Positions 25,242-38,004 of a DNA stretch of 64,000 bases are shown one piece after another; position 1 is the first letter of the stretch, and each line of letters begins with the position of its first letter. The DNA lies in assembly GCA_050230475.1 (NCBI GenBank), contig JBFLGF010000159.1, forward strand, positions 1 through 64,000. The letters run 5' to 3'. The translations under genes were made by a program, and so were the position numbers. Source of the DNA: Ancylonema sp. Its lineage: Eukaryota. The notes under the pieces are model-generated. The model was not told the DNA's origin. It made no database searches and saw nothing but the letters and a program-made list of their open reading frames with translations.

Positions 25242-28200
25242 CTACAACCGCAAAACCGGAACCTGGACCGGTTTCACATATGGAAAGCCATGATCCTGAA
25301 ACACGAAATGGCATCTCATTGATGCGGCATTTGAATTTGGAAATCACACTTGAATATTTTTCCACTCACCAGCGGTTTATCCTTCTCCCCCCCTGCACCT
25401 TGCCTCCCCCCTCCTCCCCGTGCCCCCTTGGAAGAATCTTTGAAGGTAACCACCACATGAACCTCAAACTCGACCGAAAAATGTCTGCAACCATTACTCA
25501 TCATTCATCCTTCATCCTTCATCCTTTATCCTTCATCCTTCATCCTTCATCAATCATCACCTCATGACATCATCCTTCATCCTTCATTCTACATCCTTTA
25601 TCCTTCATCCTTCCTCAATCACCATTCATCCACCCTGCCTTTGCATATCAACCCACGTTGGCACACGATTTTACCACAGGGAAGCACAACATCACAACAC
25701 CACAACATCACAAGATTGTTTTGTCAAGTCGGATATTGTATTCATGATTCGTGATGAGGCAGACCGATCAGTCCGTGACGTGTCCAGAGACAAAACTCGC
25801 CAAATTCCGCAAAAACGATATCTGAAACGATGTCTTGCAAAAAAAGAAGCGAGCAAAGAAGACATTCTGGGTGGAAATATAATTTGGGTGACCACGCACT
25901 TGACTATGAGCGTGGGGCACGTGAAGAGTCGTGGCAGGATGATGTAGATGGGAAGATCTAGGCCCTCGCACACATCTCCATCTGCGATCTGCATAGCTGA
26001 GGCAAGTAAGCACTTACAACATGTATGCATTCCTCCTTCCTCCATTCTCCCTCTTCCCCCCCCCCTCTCTCTCCCTCTTCCCACCTTTCTCTTTTGAATG
26101 AATTCAACAAAAAAAATGAATGCCATTCAAAGAACTTCTTTCCTTAGCCATATAACTCTGTCTCCTCACAATCCCCCATCTCAAACCACCATACCAACCC
26201 CCCCCCCCACCCTAAAAAAAACCACACACATAGTATTCGACCTACACTAAAGCATCCCCCCCCCTATCCTCCGTTCCCCCCTCCCCCCTTCCCCCCCTCC
26301 CCCCCTCCCCCCCTTCCCCCCTCCCCCCTCCCACCTGTGTCGACTGGATCTCCCTCACTTCCCTCCCCACGTTACTCCCCCCACTCCCCCCCCCCCCCCT
26401 TTCCACCCTCATCAGCTTGCACTCGATAGACACAATCGGCAGTGAGGCCTTTTCCACCTGAACCGCCCCCCATACAGGGGCGGTTACGGGGCAGAGGGGG
26501 GGAAGGAAACCGGATACCCGAAACCCTCCTGGGGGACAGGTGGGGAGCATCTCAGAGGGACAGGTGTCAGCGCCACGTTGGGGAGGGGAGGGGGGAGGTG
26601 AGGTGGCGGTACCTGTGTGGAGGAGGGCTGTGAGTGGCTGGGATTGAGAGTCGGGGGTGATGAGGAACTTGGAGGGGGGGGGATAACCATCTTCTGGGTG
26701 GGTCGATAACCGGGTTGGCATACCCTCCACGAGGAATTCCCCCCCCCCGGTTATCGCCTTCATGAGCACCCCGCGCTTCACCTCTGCGGTGATCATGTAC
26801 TGAGATAACCGACCACGTCCCAGAAAGAAAACCTGGTTATCATGGCACTCTGGGTGGGGTTGCGGGTTGGGAGCAGATAACCGCACTGCCCTCTCACCTG
26901 TATGTTCACGAAGCTACCGTGGTACGTCTCGTAGATGTCCACATCCGACCCGGGTATTGCCTCCAGGGGGAAGGAGAACGGGATCTGAGCCCGTCTTGAC
27001 CCCAATCTTGAGCTCAGGGAGAATATGGAGTGAAATGTGAAAAGGGGGAGAGTAAAAAAAACAAGAAAAAGAAAGAAAGTGTAACCTGACCCTGCCCCGG
27101 TTTCGGTACTGTGTTCTGAGTACCTGCGTCACCCCCTTTGGCAGCGGCCCAGCAGCCTTGAGATCGACGGATTTGGACCTGCGCAGTGATTGGACAGACA
27201 CTCACATGACGTCTCCGTATGACGTGATGATGACGTCATATGCCAGCTGTCACGTCAGCAGGAGTCTTACAGTAACTGTAGGGGCTTGAGGGTGGTGTAT
27301 AACCCATCCAGGACAGCAGCAGGGGTGGCGCAAACCTGAAACCAGACTACCAACTTCTCCGTCAACATCACCCTGAACCTGAACAGAAACCTGGCTCACT
27401 GTGGGCTTCGTCTCTGATTGGTCGTCAACGGTTCTTTGTATCTTCAAATTTGCTTTCCTTGGAAGGAACTGTTTCGTTTGTTTTGAATTATTTATTTGTC
27501 GAATGTCATTTTTTTCATTTAACGACATTGCGTCAGAATAGTACCACTTCTACATCCGGATGACAACACACTTATGGATGTATTTTTATCATACAAACAC
27601 ATTCATACGTGTATCTCTTGTTTTTTTTAAACATTGTGAAAGTACTCAAAAGCTTCCATCTCATACATTTGTTTTCACTGATTTTATTCCCCTAAATTCA
27701 AGGGCAGGATGGTCGGGCTCCAACCTGGAGGGCAACCATTCCCGAAGCTACGAGCTTGATACCCGTGTGAGAAAACGCATTCGGGGCGGTTATCTGAACA
27801 GCACCTTCCACAGTATCCTGGCAGGGGGCATCCGTACAGAATTGCCACGTGTTTGAAGGAGCAAAGAGGAATGCGGAGAACAGCGACGACGAAAAAGAAC
27901 GACGAGTATGTGGACCAGGTGGCAGAGCGAGACGGCAGCTACGAATTGGAAGAATCAGAAGAGAGGCACCTTGATAAAAATGTTTGCTCAGGACGGACTC
28001 CCAGGTTTGGAACTAAGAAAAGTTTCGCGTCGATTCCAATTTTTTTTTTCGTGGCTTGATGACATCTACTTCTTAGGATGTGGCCAGAAAAACAGGCCAG
28101 AATAACTCACAACAAACAGAAATCGACATTTTTTTGCTTAGCTGGTATGTCATGTGAGTGGAATAAAAAACAGCATTTGAAGGAAAAAACAGAGTAATCT

Positions 28201-28329
28201 CGAGTTGCGAGGGCCATCAATGCGCCTAATGTCCAAACGCAAGCTGAAAATCGGAATTCATTGATCGCAACTCACCCCCGGTCGGTACGTACGATCCGGT
28301 TTGGACAGCTTGATCTCAACGGTCGCCAT
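25242..28329 (-). CDS. VPS26C: Vacuolar protein sorting 26C / DSCR3 (retriever subunit); exons 28329-28276, 27817-27725, 27335-27271, 27178-27124, 26984-26898, 26799-26613, 26528-26335, 25988-25900, 25484-25370, 25295-25242
   Basis: The spliced product reads MATVEIKLSKPDRTYRPG...IPFSFPL...IYETYHGSFVNIQYMITAEVKRG...SIECKLMRVE...IQSTQIADGDVCEGLDLPIYIILPRLFTCPTL...FSVEFEV, matching DSCR3 hallmarks. All introns are GT-AG and in phase. The last exon is the least certain. Confidence 0.92.
25497..25631. repeat. Intronic heptamer tandem repeat (CTTCATC)n
   Basis: More than 12 degenerate CTTCATC units in VPS26C intron 8. Confidence 0.85.
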
Positions 28330-28690
28330 TGTACACAAGTGCAGAGCTCAATTGTCAGCTCAGTACGAATGTACGATACAGATATCCTTTCCCAAAGTGA
28401 GCCCCGATGTGGTGCAACTCGTCCATTATGACGAGAATACGGAAACATAAGAGGAAAATTTCCCAGGTGATTCCTCTCTTCAGAAAAAGTCGGTCTACAG
28501 TGAAATGCTGTACGGCGCGATGACAAAGGTAGGCTGCAAAAGTACTTGTACAATATCCGACATTCTTTCCTGCTTGTCTTGTCTCGTTTTACAGGGAAAC
28601 TGAGCACTGCGACGAATACTTCTGTAAGCAATCATCTGACCAAGCCTTCAGCGTGAATTTCATCCATGTTTCTGCAATTTTCGCAAAACG

Positions 28691-28764
28691 TGATCCCTAC
28701 AGGTTTCGAACTTGTGACCTTGGCGTTATTAGCACCACGCTCTAACCAACTGAGCTAAGAGATC
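28691..28764 (-). tRNA. tRNA-Ile (anticodon AAU)
   Basis: GATCTCTTAGCTCAGTTGGTTAGAGCGTGGTGCTAATAACGCCAAGGTCACAAGTTCGAAACCTGTAGGGATCA. It has a 7-bp acceptor stem, A and B boxes, a CT-AAT-AA anticodon loop, one A-C mismatch in the T stem, and a downstream TTTT. Confidence 0.93.
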
Positions 28765-29683
28765 TTGTATGTCATAAATGAAATAATAATAAAACATAAA
28801 ATAATAAATTCAAAAGTATATTGCATATTAAGTAAGAGATATTCATAATTCAAGCACCGACCGGAACCTAGTGTATCTCAGTGTTCACACTAAGTGTTCA
28901 CATTGACGTTGGCAAGTTCATTGACGTTACAGACTAGCATAAAACTAGTCTGTAACAAGGGCCTAACAAAATCACGAACAATACCGTAATGTGCCATCGT
29001 GAAAACGCGTGTGAGATTCGGATGTCCGACGTCCATTTATTGCAATCGAACGTCATGTGTACACTTACTAAGAAAATGTCTATGAAATGTGTCTCAGTAC
29101 GAAGTAAATTGGACTTAGAAAGGTTGAACATTTACCTGAAGGTGGAAACGTCAATCTACATTTGTGTGAACTACACAACATCATTGGCTCTGGACATGTC
29201 CGAGGATCTTCACACATGTCCGGAGACATTACCCACACACCCCTGCCAAAAAAAAAAGCCCTGAACCCGATTTCCTACACCGCCTAGGAATTGGTCAATT
29301 CATAAATCCAACGATGCGACTAAGTTATGTATGTGAGAGTGAACGAAGATTTTTTAGTTGCACTATTATTAAGAATTCGAATGGCCGATATTCGTATTTT
29401 CGATGACCATCATTGGGACAAGCACCATTCATTGCCGCATGGCATTAAAACAATTTATAGAAGAACAAGTCGGCCTGTCAATAGGTTGCCCAACAACAAG
29501 TCATGTTATGACACACAAACCTTGTGTGGGATCGCTTTTGGCCGCGTTGACAAAGACGAACGTCAAAGTAATGCTTAATCGGTACCCATACAATGGGTTC
29601 AACATCGATGTACAATCAATACAAGTAGATATAGGCATTGCTTCATGTATCATAATGCGAGAAATTTACCATTTCAGATACAA

Positions 29684-29903
29684 AATAGTTGCGTCCCGGA
29701 ACCGGACGCCATAGCCAAAATCTGATATCCATATCTTTGAAACCCCCAGATCTGTGTACTTCAGAATGAGACCCTTTTTTTTCTTTTTTGCACCTTAGTT
29801 CCGTCCCAGACCGTCCGGGGATCCCCGGACGCGTACGGGACGCGTCTGGGGCCGGACGCGTTCCGGACGCGTCCGGGAACCTCGCGTTCGGGACGCAACT
29901 CTG
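29684..29903. mobile_element. hAT-type MITE (GGACGCGTCC subfamily)
   Basis: Ends AATAGTTGCGTCCCG...CGGGACGCAACTCTG with GGACGCG repeats shared with 34741-34890. The TSD is not clean. Confidence 0.68.
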
Positions 29904-30502
29904 CAAAATATTTGTCAGACTTTATTGACATACAAGCTTCTATATTACTCCAGTCTTGCAATGCTTCATTTTTTCAAAGTGTCACATGTAAGAACACATG
30001 CAGACATGAATTCAATGTCCAACATAGTCAATGTAGTCAATGTAATCAAGTACTTCCAGCCAAGCCAAGTTCCGCCCATTTTTTTTTTTTCTGAAGTCAT
30101 GTTTGTGACCATTTCATACAAAATGTGTTGGCACATGATTTGATATTCGAGTGCGAGCTTGATGAACTATCTCAATAAGGTAGCTTTCTAAGTCTTCATC
30201 TAAAGCCAATTTCTTGTACCTGTGTATGTACCTTCCCATGCCTCATAGTTTTGCCCCTACCTAATGAGTGCTCTAGCAAGAGGGAGATGAGGCCATACTG
30301 AATAAGTTGTGTCACAAATGATAGTGTCCGAAACAGAACGAATAGTTTTCTTAATCGTCTTGCTTGAACAAAAGGTAGTACAAAGTTACGACTCTCCTTG
30401 TCAATACACCTTGCTTTATAAACAATTTGGTAGAAAACGACTGCGGGCCACCACACCACGGAGCTAAGGAAGAGATGGTTGGGCCTCAGAAGGCACAAGG
30501 CC

Positions 30503-31684
30503 TCAAGCCGTAGCTGCCTTTAGGTGAGCAATGAGGTCAGCTCTGTCCTGAGGTTTCTTGAGTCCAGGGAACACCATCTTTGTGCCAGGGATGTACTGCA
30601 CAGACCAGAAATGGGGGGGGAGAGTCGATGTTTATTACTATGTTCATGCTCCTGCCATGGTGCCGCTCAAATCCAGATCAGATAGAGATGCCCAATCTAA
30701 ATGAGTCTAATGGATAAATATGCTCCATGCCTGGATTTTAGCCCGTCATGCGAAGTGAATAGGCAGTTAGTTGCACTTCAGTGTTGCCATGTTGACTACC
30801 AGTTGAGAGCCTGGAGCTCTCATGACCTCCCTGTGAGCAGTCACAGCTGCCTGAGGGACACAAGCTAACAGATTGTATACCCTTCCAACTGACACTACGT
30901 CGTTTAATACTATGTGAGAGTAAGCTCCAACCCAATGGAGATAATTGTTTACCTTCTTGGGATTAAGAAGGTATTCATATAAGGTCTCCTCATCCCAGTT
31001 CACAGCCTTATTTTTGTTTGCCGACGACTAGGAGAAGCCAGGTGTAGTTCCTGATTGCCGACCAAAAAGACCACCCAAATTTGGCCCTGCAAAAATCCAC
31101 GACAACAAGCCGTACAACTTCAAAAAGAATTACATACACTCGACGCTGCTCTGACTCGGTGCACTCTCATATATCAGATTGTTGCACGTTTCAACTCGAA
31201 CGGCCGCTTCCTTTTGTAACACTCCAGATACATGTCTCAGGAGTGATACAAAAGGAAAAAAAATAAGCCGCATGTACAGAAAAATCGTCGCGGATCGACG
31301 GCGACTTCAATCCGTGTCGAACTCCTGAAACTTCTGAGGTTTAAAACCTGATGAAAAGCTGGTCAGAGTATCCAACTCATATACGACTGACACGGTCACA
31401 AAAACCCTCAGTCGCCTGCCTCTTTTAACTATGTCCCTGTCAAGCCGATCGCATGGAGCACTTGGTTATGACACGATCAACGGGAAATCTGCCACGTTAT
31501 CCATCACACATGACAGGATCACTGCAGCCCAGATCGAAGTGCGGGAGACGGAGCCGAGATCAGTTCTTTCACCTTGCTTGTGTCCACCCCCCTTCTCAGC
31601 TACATGGCATTGTGCGCACTTGGTTTTAAAAATCTTTGCTCCTGCGGCAACATCGCCAGCGGGAGCTTCCGAAAAAGTCGCCAT
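30503..31684 (-). CDS. CYTC: Mitochondrial cytochrome c; exons 31684-31573, 31086-30953, 30595-30503; contains an in-frame TAG at 31030-31028
   Basis: [111 protein letters not shown]. The CxxCH motif and the axial Met are intact. Confidence 0.95.
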
Positions 31685-32252
31685 GTTTAGCTCTTTCACT
31701 TACGACGATGGTGAGAGTTTTGCGGCTTTCGTGACGGACAAGGCAGCTGTGAGGAGGTTCTTCAGCAGCCGTACGAAGAATTACCTTCAGGTGGAATCGC
31801 AAGATAGTCTACGGCCAGCTCTTCCGTATAATTTCGAAATGGGATGGCGCAGCAGCCAAAACGTGCGATGATGTACAACCAATGGGCACACGCGTAGAAG
31901 AAATTTCGAAGCGCTGTTGTCATGCTGGAGATTCATCCCTTCGATGAATGACGCGTGGTCTTCAGCCATTCGTCCGATTCTGTAAACCTAGCAGAGAGGC
32001 AGAGAGCCCACCCTGACTGTCTGAGCTCTGAGCTCATATTCATCCAGCGACTTCATCCGCCCGTTCGACCACGGGACGGAACGGACGAACGGAACGGATC
32101 AGCTCCTGACGGATCCGGATGGAGCCGGTTTCCACTTCAGCGCGATAACTGGGTACGTCTGACGGAGAAGGCCCAGCCATAGCGCCATCCGAGCGACTGT
32201 GACAAGGCACTGAAAGTTGGAAGGGTTCAGGCAAGTGCCGCATTCAGGCACC

Positions 32253-33556
32253 ATGCTGACCTCGTCATGCGGTCAATCAGCTGCATTTGTGCGGCAACTC
32301 CAGGGAGGAGCGCAGTTCCAATTCGGAAGACGACTAGTTGGAATGTCAGACGGACTGAATGTTTCCTCCTTGAAAAGCCTTAAAACTCTCGAACGACGAA
32401 TACTGGGAAATTCCTTGACTTGTCAAACTGAAAATGCGAGGGGACCCTCAGATACGAGTACGGAGTTTGACAACCTTGAAACTAAGACCGCACCGCCACA
32501 ACCAAAAAGAAAAAAAGGATTCGGTGGCCCGACTCCACATAGCATGAAGCCAAAAGTCCCGGAGTCGATTGCTGCTGAGCCAAAAGCGGAGGCCATTAAA
32601 GACAGAGCACGAACGGGTGGGCCTCAGGCGGCGGGTGTCAGGAGGCGCCCAGCTCCGGAGAAGCCGATTGTGCTCGCTACAGTATCTGAAACTGATACAC
32701 AAATAGAAACGTTGGCGTTGGGATTGTTGGGAGTTCTCTTCGTTTTGATATTCGCCGAGGGAATTTTCTTGGGAGCATCAGGTAATGCTAAAAAGACATC
32801 CCCACGGATGTACTTTTGCCACAATACTCACAGTGAAATCCTGCCATCCGCTGCAGCTACACCAATACGGTAGATCGTAAACACAATCTTGTACATATTT
32901 GTGCACTGCTCTCTATGGTGCAAGTCTGAGTATGCGCAGAAGGGAGCACAGTGATGGTCCAGTATGTCGGTTAAGCTGCAAAAGTTCCTTCCCTGGTTGT
33001 AAACCGGTTATTATGAGCGGGGCGGCTGGTAGTAAGAACAAGAACAAGAACAAGAACAAGAACAAGAAGAACAAAGAACAACGTGCAAACTCGGTGGTGG
33101 GGGTGATTCAAAGTATCTCAGATTAACTCAGTGTAGGATACGGTTTGCCTCCCCATGCAGTACTGAAGGAAATGTGACAGCTAATGCCGTTTCACACTTA
33201 TGCAATCACTTGTGCCCTGAGGATAAGCCCTTAATCCGAGCTCTTAGGAAGAGAAAGGTCATTTGAGTTTCCGTGTCATAATCCATTAGTTTTGCAAACC
33301 AGTTGCGTAGGCCATAGTGGATGTACGGTCGATGTCTGAATGTTTATGCGATTCTATGTACAAAGTCTAAGAGAGAGATTTTTTTCTTAATACTCCCGCA
33401 GGTTTCTTGTCGAAAGAATGGGATGACTTTGCGGTGACTGTAGTGTATCCAGCTTTCACTCCAACGGTTGGAGCGTTCTTATTGGTCGCTGCATCGTATG
33501 GAGTCTTCAAGTACTTGCAAGGGGGGGCATCCCTCCCGGGTCCTCCACCAGAATGA
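32253..33556 (+). CDS. LPA2: LOW PSII ACCUMULATION 2-like thylakoid protein; exons 32253-32781 and 33402-33556
   Basis: Transit-peptide-like N-terminus, a KKGFG motif and RRPAPEKP, then two TM segments: IFAEGIFLGASG|FLSKEWDDFAVTVVYPAFTPTVGAFLLVAASYGVFKYLQ. This matches the LPA2 C-terminus as recalled. Confidence 0.88.
33034..33082. repeat. (AAGAAC)n microsatellite in the LPA2 intron
   Basis: Tandem hexamers. Confidence 0.85.
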
Positions 33557-34740
33557 GATGTGAATGTTACGTCACATACTCACTTTTGTATATTCCATTA
33601 GGCATTTTTTTTGCATTTTTTGTACAATTTTTATGTATGTTGCTCATGCTCGACCTCATTTGGGGAACGGTCCTTTTTGAGGCGGATCTTTCAACTTTCA
33701 CCCGCTGAAATGTTCCGCGTATTCGGCTTGTCGTGCATTGGTCAACACAATCATCTTTCGCTGGAATGCATTGAGAGTTGCAAACTTATAGTTGTAACAA
33801 TCAAAAGAGTGTGTGGTGTTTTCGCAACAAAAAAAACCAAACCTTGAATCGGTTCCAAGTATTATGGGGGTTGCGTATAAATCAAGGTCCCGAGGATGTG
33901 GGGTTTTGGGAAAATCAAGGTTGCGAACCTTGTTTTGAAAGATTTGGTCTTGGTTATTTTGTAATTGTTGGCTCACTTGTGGGTAATGTTGACTTCACTA
34001 TTTTCAGTGTTCACATTGTCGATGAAGCTATTGTTCAACTGTTTTAGTTAAGAGTTTGTGTCGTATAGGTTTTGGCATATGTGAGAGAACCGAATTATGC
34101 ATTCGTATCGAACTCCCTCTATCGAACTCCCCCACCCATTAAGGTAATTATTGATACAACGTCTGAGTATCTTGTTTGTTTGTTTGATTGCAAAGAGTCC
34201 GATTGAATATTATGGCGGCCGAAACTTGGCCTAAGTAAACATGCCTTGTCGGATGTATCGTTCTAACGAATACTTGCTAAAAGATCTAGCAAGAAGGCAT
34301 GTTGCCACAAAATCGATATAACGAGTATTCTCAATACAACAAAGTTTCTAGCCAATTCTCACACCATGGAACGTGCCCCACTGCATCAACAACTGAGTGA
34401 TGTGTTGCGAGTCCCCTGACATGGAAAAACAAACAAAGCTACGAGTACTTCACGTCCTTTGGAAACGTCATCAACGTGTACATCGGTCTTATGCAAGATC
34501 CGAGCCACGTTTGTCTATCCAATCTCCTCCGTCCACGTGAACGTACCTTGATTTAGGGTCTTCAAGGTGAAGATGTAGAAGAAAATGAATTGCTATAAGT
34601 TACAATGACTACTCAGTATAGTGATAATGATACATTTTCCAAAATTTCGGGTGTTTTTTTGTTAAAATTCAACCTGAGTGGACTAAGTCATTATATCACG
34701 CATCATAGGCACGAGATCGTCGTTTCAACGTCATTGACAC

Positions 34741-34890
34741 CATAGTTGGGTCCCAGACGCGTCGGGGCCCAACAAGGGGGGGGGGGGGGGGACAAAGGCG
34801 TTATACCAATCGTTCATCTTGTTTTTTTTTTCTCTTGGCTGGAATGTCCGGGTCCGGGACGCGTCCCGCACGCGGTCGGGGCCAACTATG
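34741..34890. mobile_element. 150-bp hAT-type MITE, CATAGTT-ended
   Basis: TIR CATAGTTGG...CCAACTATG. Perfect 8-bp TSD ATTGACAC. Confidence 0.88.
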
Positions 34891-35614
34891 ATTGACACGA
34901 GTTTGTTGGATGTACTCGGAAGAAAATACTTCAACATTCTCCCTTATCGCACAACTATATATTCTTGGCTCTCAACACTTGTTTCGTTAGCGGTGCCCAT
35001 TGACATGTTATGAAGAGTGCGAGAATATTCTTAGGAAGAGCGCACTGCATCTTGGTCAATGCAGGATACTGCATTGTATTGCTCAAGACTCAATGGTAAC
35101 TTGCCTCTATATCTACGTCATGCGCAATACCCATCATCAACACATGATAAGTTTCAGTATATCGATTGCATGTATTTTCTGAAACACTAGCCGTCAAGGG
35201 CGCGATTTTTTCATGGTACGCGCCAATCGCAACCGATCTTTGTCGTTGAGTATCCATATTGAACCTTAAAAGTACCAACAACTCAACAGTGGTTTATATC
35301 GACTCAAAGTTGGGAAAGAAGTACGATCTACTATCAAATCACGAAATCTACGAATCTCACTCATTCTCCATGATTGATTGTAAACCCTAGTCATAAAAAA
35401 CGAAAGTCTATGATGAACACTCGAGTATCGCCAAATGGCGTCTATGTAACAAGTGCTTGAGGCGAGTGAAAGGATACTACGTTGCAACATTTTTTTTTTA
35501 TACGCCTTCCTTGTGTTGAACTCTCTATATAAACTGCCATCTCGTTGGTGATGACGTGGCAACTTCGTGAAATGCCACCTTATGGTCCCACATCATCATT
35601 GCATCATCGTCCCT

Positions 35615-37611
35615 TCAGTGGTGCGCAGGAGAAGTTGTTGTTGAGGTCTTCTCTGCTACCTTCTTTTCTACGACAGCCTTGGCCTGCACAATTTAAAACG
35701 AGCGGTGGGTTGAATACAACATTTTCAACTGTGTAAAAGGAACCCCGTTAATAGTCAAAACCTGTTGAATTCCATCACTGTGTCTTTAAGGCTTTCAAGG
35801 TGTAAAACGTATAAAAGGACAATTGGATTTTTTTTTTGAATAGTAGTCGTCACAATATCGAGGAACTATCATGTGAACGTGTCACATCGTATTGGGATGC
35901 CAAGAAGGTCTCCTTGGGTTTCTTGGAAAAAGCCAAATGTGATACACACGATATAATGATAGCCCAACAAATTATTCGTCAGACTTTGTCTCACCATAAC
36001 CGTGTCATAACCGTGTGCTAATATCACCTAGTACTAATATGGTAAAACACAGAGAACAGGGTTTCTGAAATAGTTGGGCGCGCACATGTGCACATCACGC
36101 ACTTCCTGGCAACTTCCAGATTTAAAATTTGGTCAGGTTAAAATCCGCCGCTCATAGTAGTAAGTATTTTGAATCTTTTCATCTGAAATACTTTTCCCTG
36201 GTTGGGCGCGCAAATGTTCCAAATATGTGCGCGATTTTAGTTGTACGCGCCCAGCTATGGTTTCTAGCATCATGCGATGCAAAGTCCGTAGACAAAATTT
36301 CAGTTCATTACACACTTTTGCACATCCAAAAACACCCTCTTCATTGATATGGGTCAGGACCACAGTACCCACGTGGCAGTAAAACTCATACAACATAGGG
36401 AAACGACCACAATTGTGTACGAATCGTACACAATTACTCAACCACAGCCTGCTAGCGACTGCTACACAACAAGACAGCTCGAATATTTTGTTCTTTTGCT
36501 TCTGGCTTCGGCCTGATTGGTTTGCCCATTCTGAGTGTACAGAAAAGTTCATTAAGACAGCTCTAGCTGAGTAATCTGAGGTTAGGAGGCGTGATGCTCT
36601 TTTCAAAAAGACTTCAGATAAGTCTGGCAGTTCTAGAGCCTAATAGGATGAAGGGATATACCAGAAACTGCTGAGAAGATCACCTGTACCGTGCGATTAT
36701 TTAAAGTGCATGTAGTGTGCCGCTGTCCACTGCTGGCTATCCCTACCATGTACAGATCGGAGAGCCCATGAGCCCGTGAACCCGTGAGGGCCTAGGGGTC
36801 CAGGAACGGGCTCCCTGATCACTGCTTTGGGCAGGAGTAGATTGCAACATTCACATTTTCAGGTGGATGTTCACCCCCTGCTCTACTGAAAAACTCACCT
36901 TGAGGTATCCAAGCTTGGTGCTGCCATAGAGGAGTCCAAGACCAACAGCAGAAAATCGCACAGCCTGCTCAGCAGCAGACGTTCGAATGGGAAAATAACA
37001 CTTACTAAAATGGTTTACGGACTAGACCGATCAGACTTTTAGCCTTCAGTGATCTGAATGAGGCGCATGTTGCCAGTCCTAGATATATCCACTCTAGACA
37101 GCCTTTGCTAGTGCGGACGTGGAGCACTGCAGATGGTCAATCGGCCCTCGCTCATATTCTCACCACGTGAGCATACCTATTCGATAAAGTCGAAATATAG
37201 ATGCCAAGTCGCTAAACAACAGATTTATGTGCAGAAGTGGCAAACCCTATCTCCATGTTTCATCGAGATGGAAATGCCATCAAAGTGGCCTTCAGTCGAA
37301 AGATTTTTAATCTAGACGATGCACATCACTTTTTTAATCGAGTATTATTACATTTCCGATTGAAAATGATGAGCCGCCTAATGAACACGTCTATGCGTGA
37401 CATATGAGCCGTGACGTCATCCAGACCCGACAAATCAGACCAGAACTGGAAATCTGATACCTGAAACCTGATCCTGACCTGCATTGACTACACACTAGAA
37501 AGCAGCGCCGTAAACTTGACGCAAATGTAAGGGAGGGACTGACTCCGGTTTCATAATGGGAGATCCGAAACTTACATTTGCGAGCTGGCTGTTGGTGATG
37601 AAGTAAGTCAT
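35615..37611 (-). CDS. Mitochondrial ATP synthase subunit e-like small protein (56 aa); exons 37611-37576, 36964-36899, 35683-35615
   Basis: Three phase-0 exons with strong splice sites give MTYFITNSQLAN|AVRFSAVGLGLLYGSTKLGYLK|AKAVVEKKVAEKTSTTTSPAHH*. The RxSAxGLGxxYG (GxxxG) TM segment and the K-rich ...AHH tail resemble plant and yeast subunit e. Confidence 0.85.
36069..36259. mobile_element. hAT-type MITE (same family as 13665-13907) in intron 2 of the ATP synthase e gene
   Basis: TIR AATAGTTGGGCGCG...CGCGCCCAGCTATG. TSD GTTTCTGA/GTTTCTAG. Shared internal block GCCGCTCATAGTAG.AAGT.TTT. Confidence 0.8.
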
Positions 37612-38004
37612 CGAGACCGGTGGGGGGTGAGTTTCTCAATCTAAATTACAATGAAAATATGGATGAATATGGATGAAGGCGAGCGGATGGTTACAGGGCG
37701 CTTACTGGTTCTAATCACCGCAAAACTCCACTTGTTTGTGAGATAGTTGTCAGAGATGGCCGCTGAAGGAGTTGCAGGGAGCGGATAGCCGCGGGGAAAT
37801 ACTGGAATCTAAATTCGTTATAAACAACTCTAAACTCGTAACTCATGAGTCCTCCCTCACTACTGGGGCTGGGGCCCAACTGCCAGCCGTCCAGGCGGTT
37901 GGACAACCTATACAAGTGCTCCCTCGGTATAACGTCACAAAAAAAAACCATCAAAGCATCGTTACATCGAGATGTCGTTATACACTGTATAACGACATTT
38001 ACTA

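Noticed and set aside
27205..27260. Cluster of TGACGT (bZIP/as-1-like) motifs in VPS26C intron 3
   Set aside because: Similar short-motif reiteration occurs in other introns (TGATGTCGCC at 11333-11382), so low-complexity expansion is the simpler explanation.
30503..31684. Genome-wide TAG reassignment or RNA editing as the cause of the cytochrome c stop
   Set aside because: No other host gene model here has an internal TAG, VPS26C appears to end in TAG, and U-to-C editing would give Gln rather than Tyr and is organellar.
36440..36530. Alternative last exon for the ATP synthase e gene (NGQTNQAEARSKRTKY...)
   Set aside because: The exon at 35683-35615 gives the family-typical AKA...KK...AHH tail, and this one does not.
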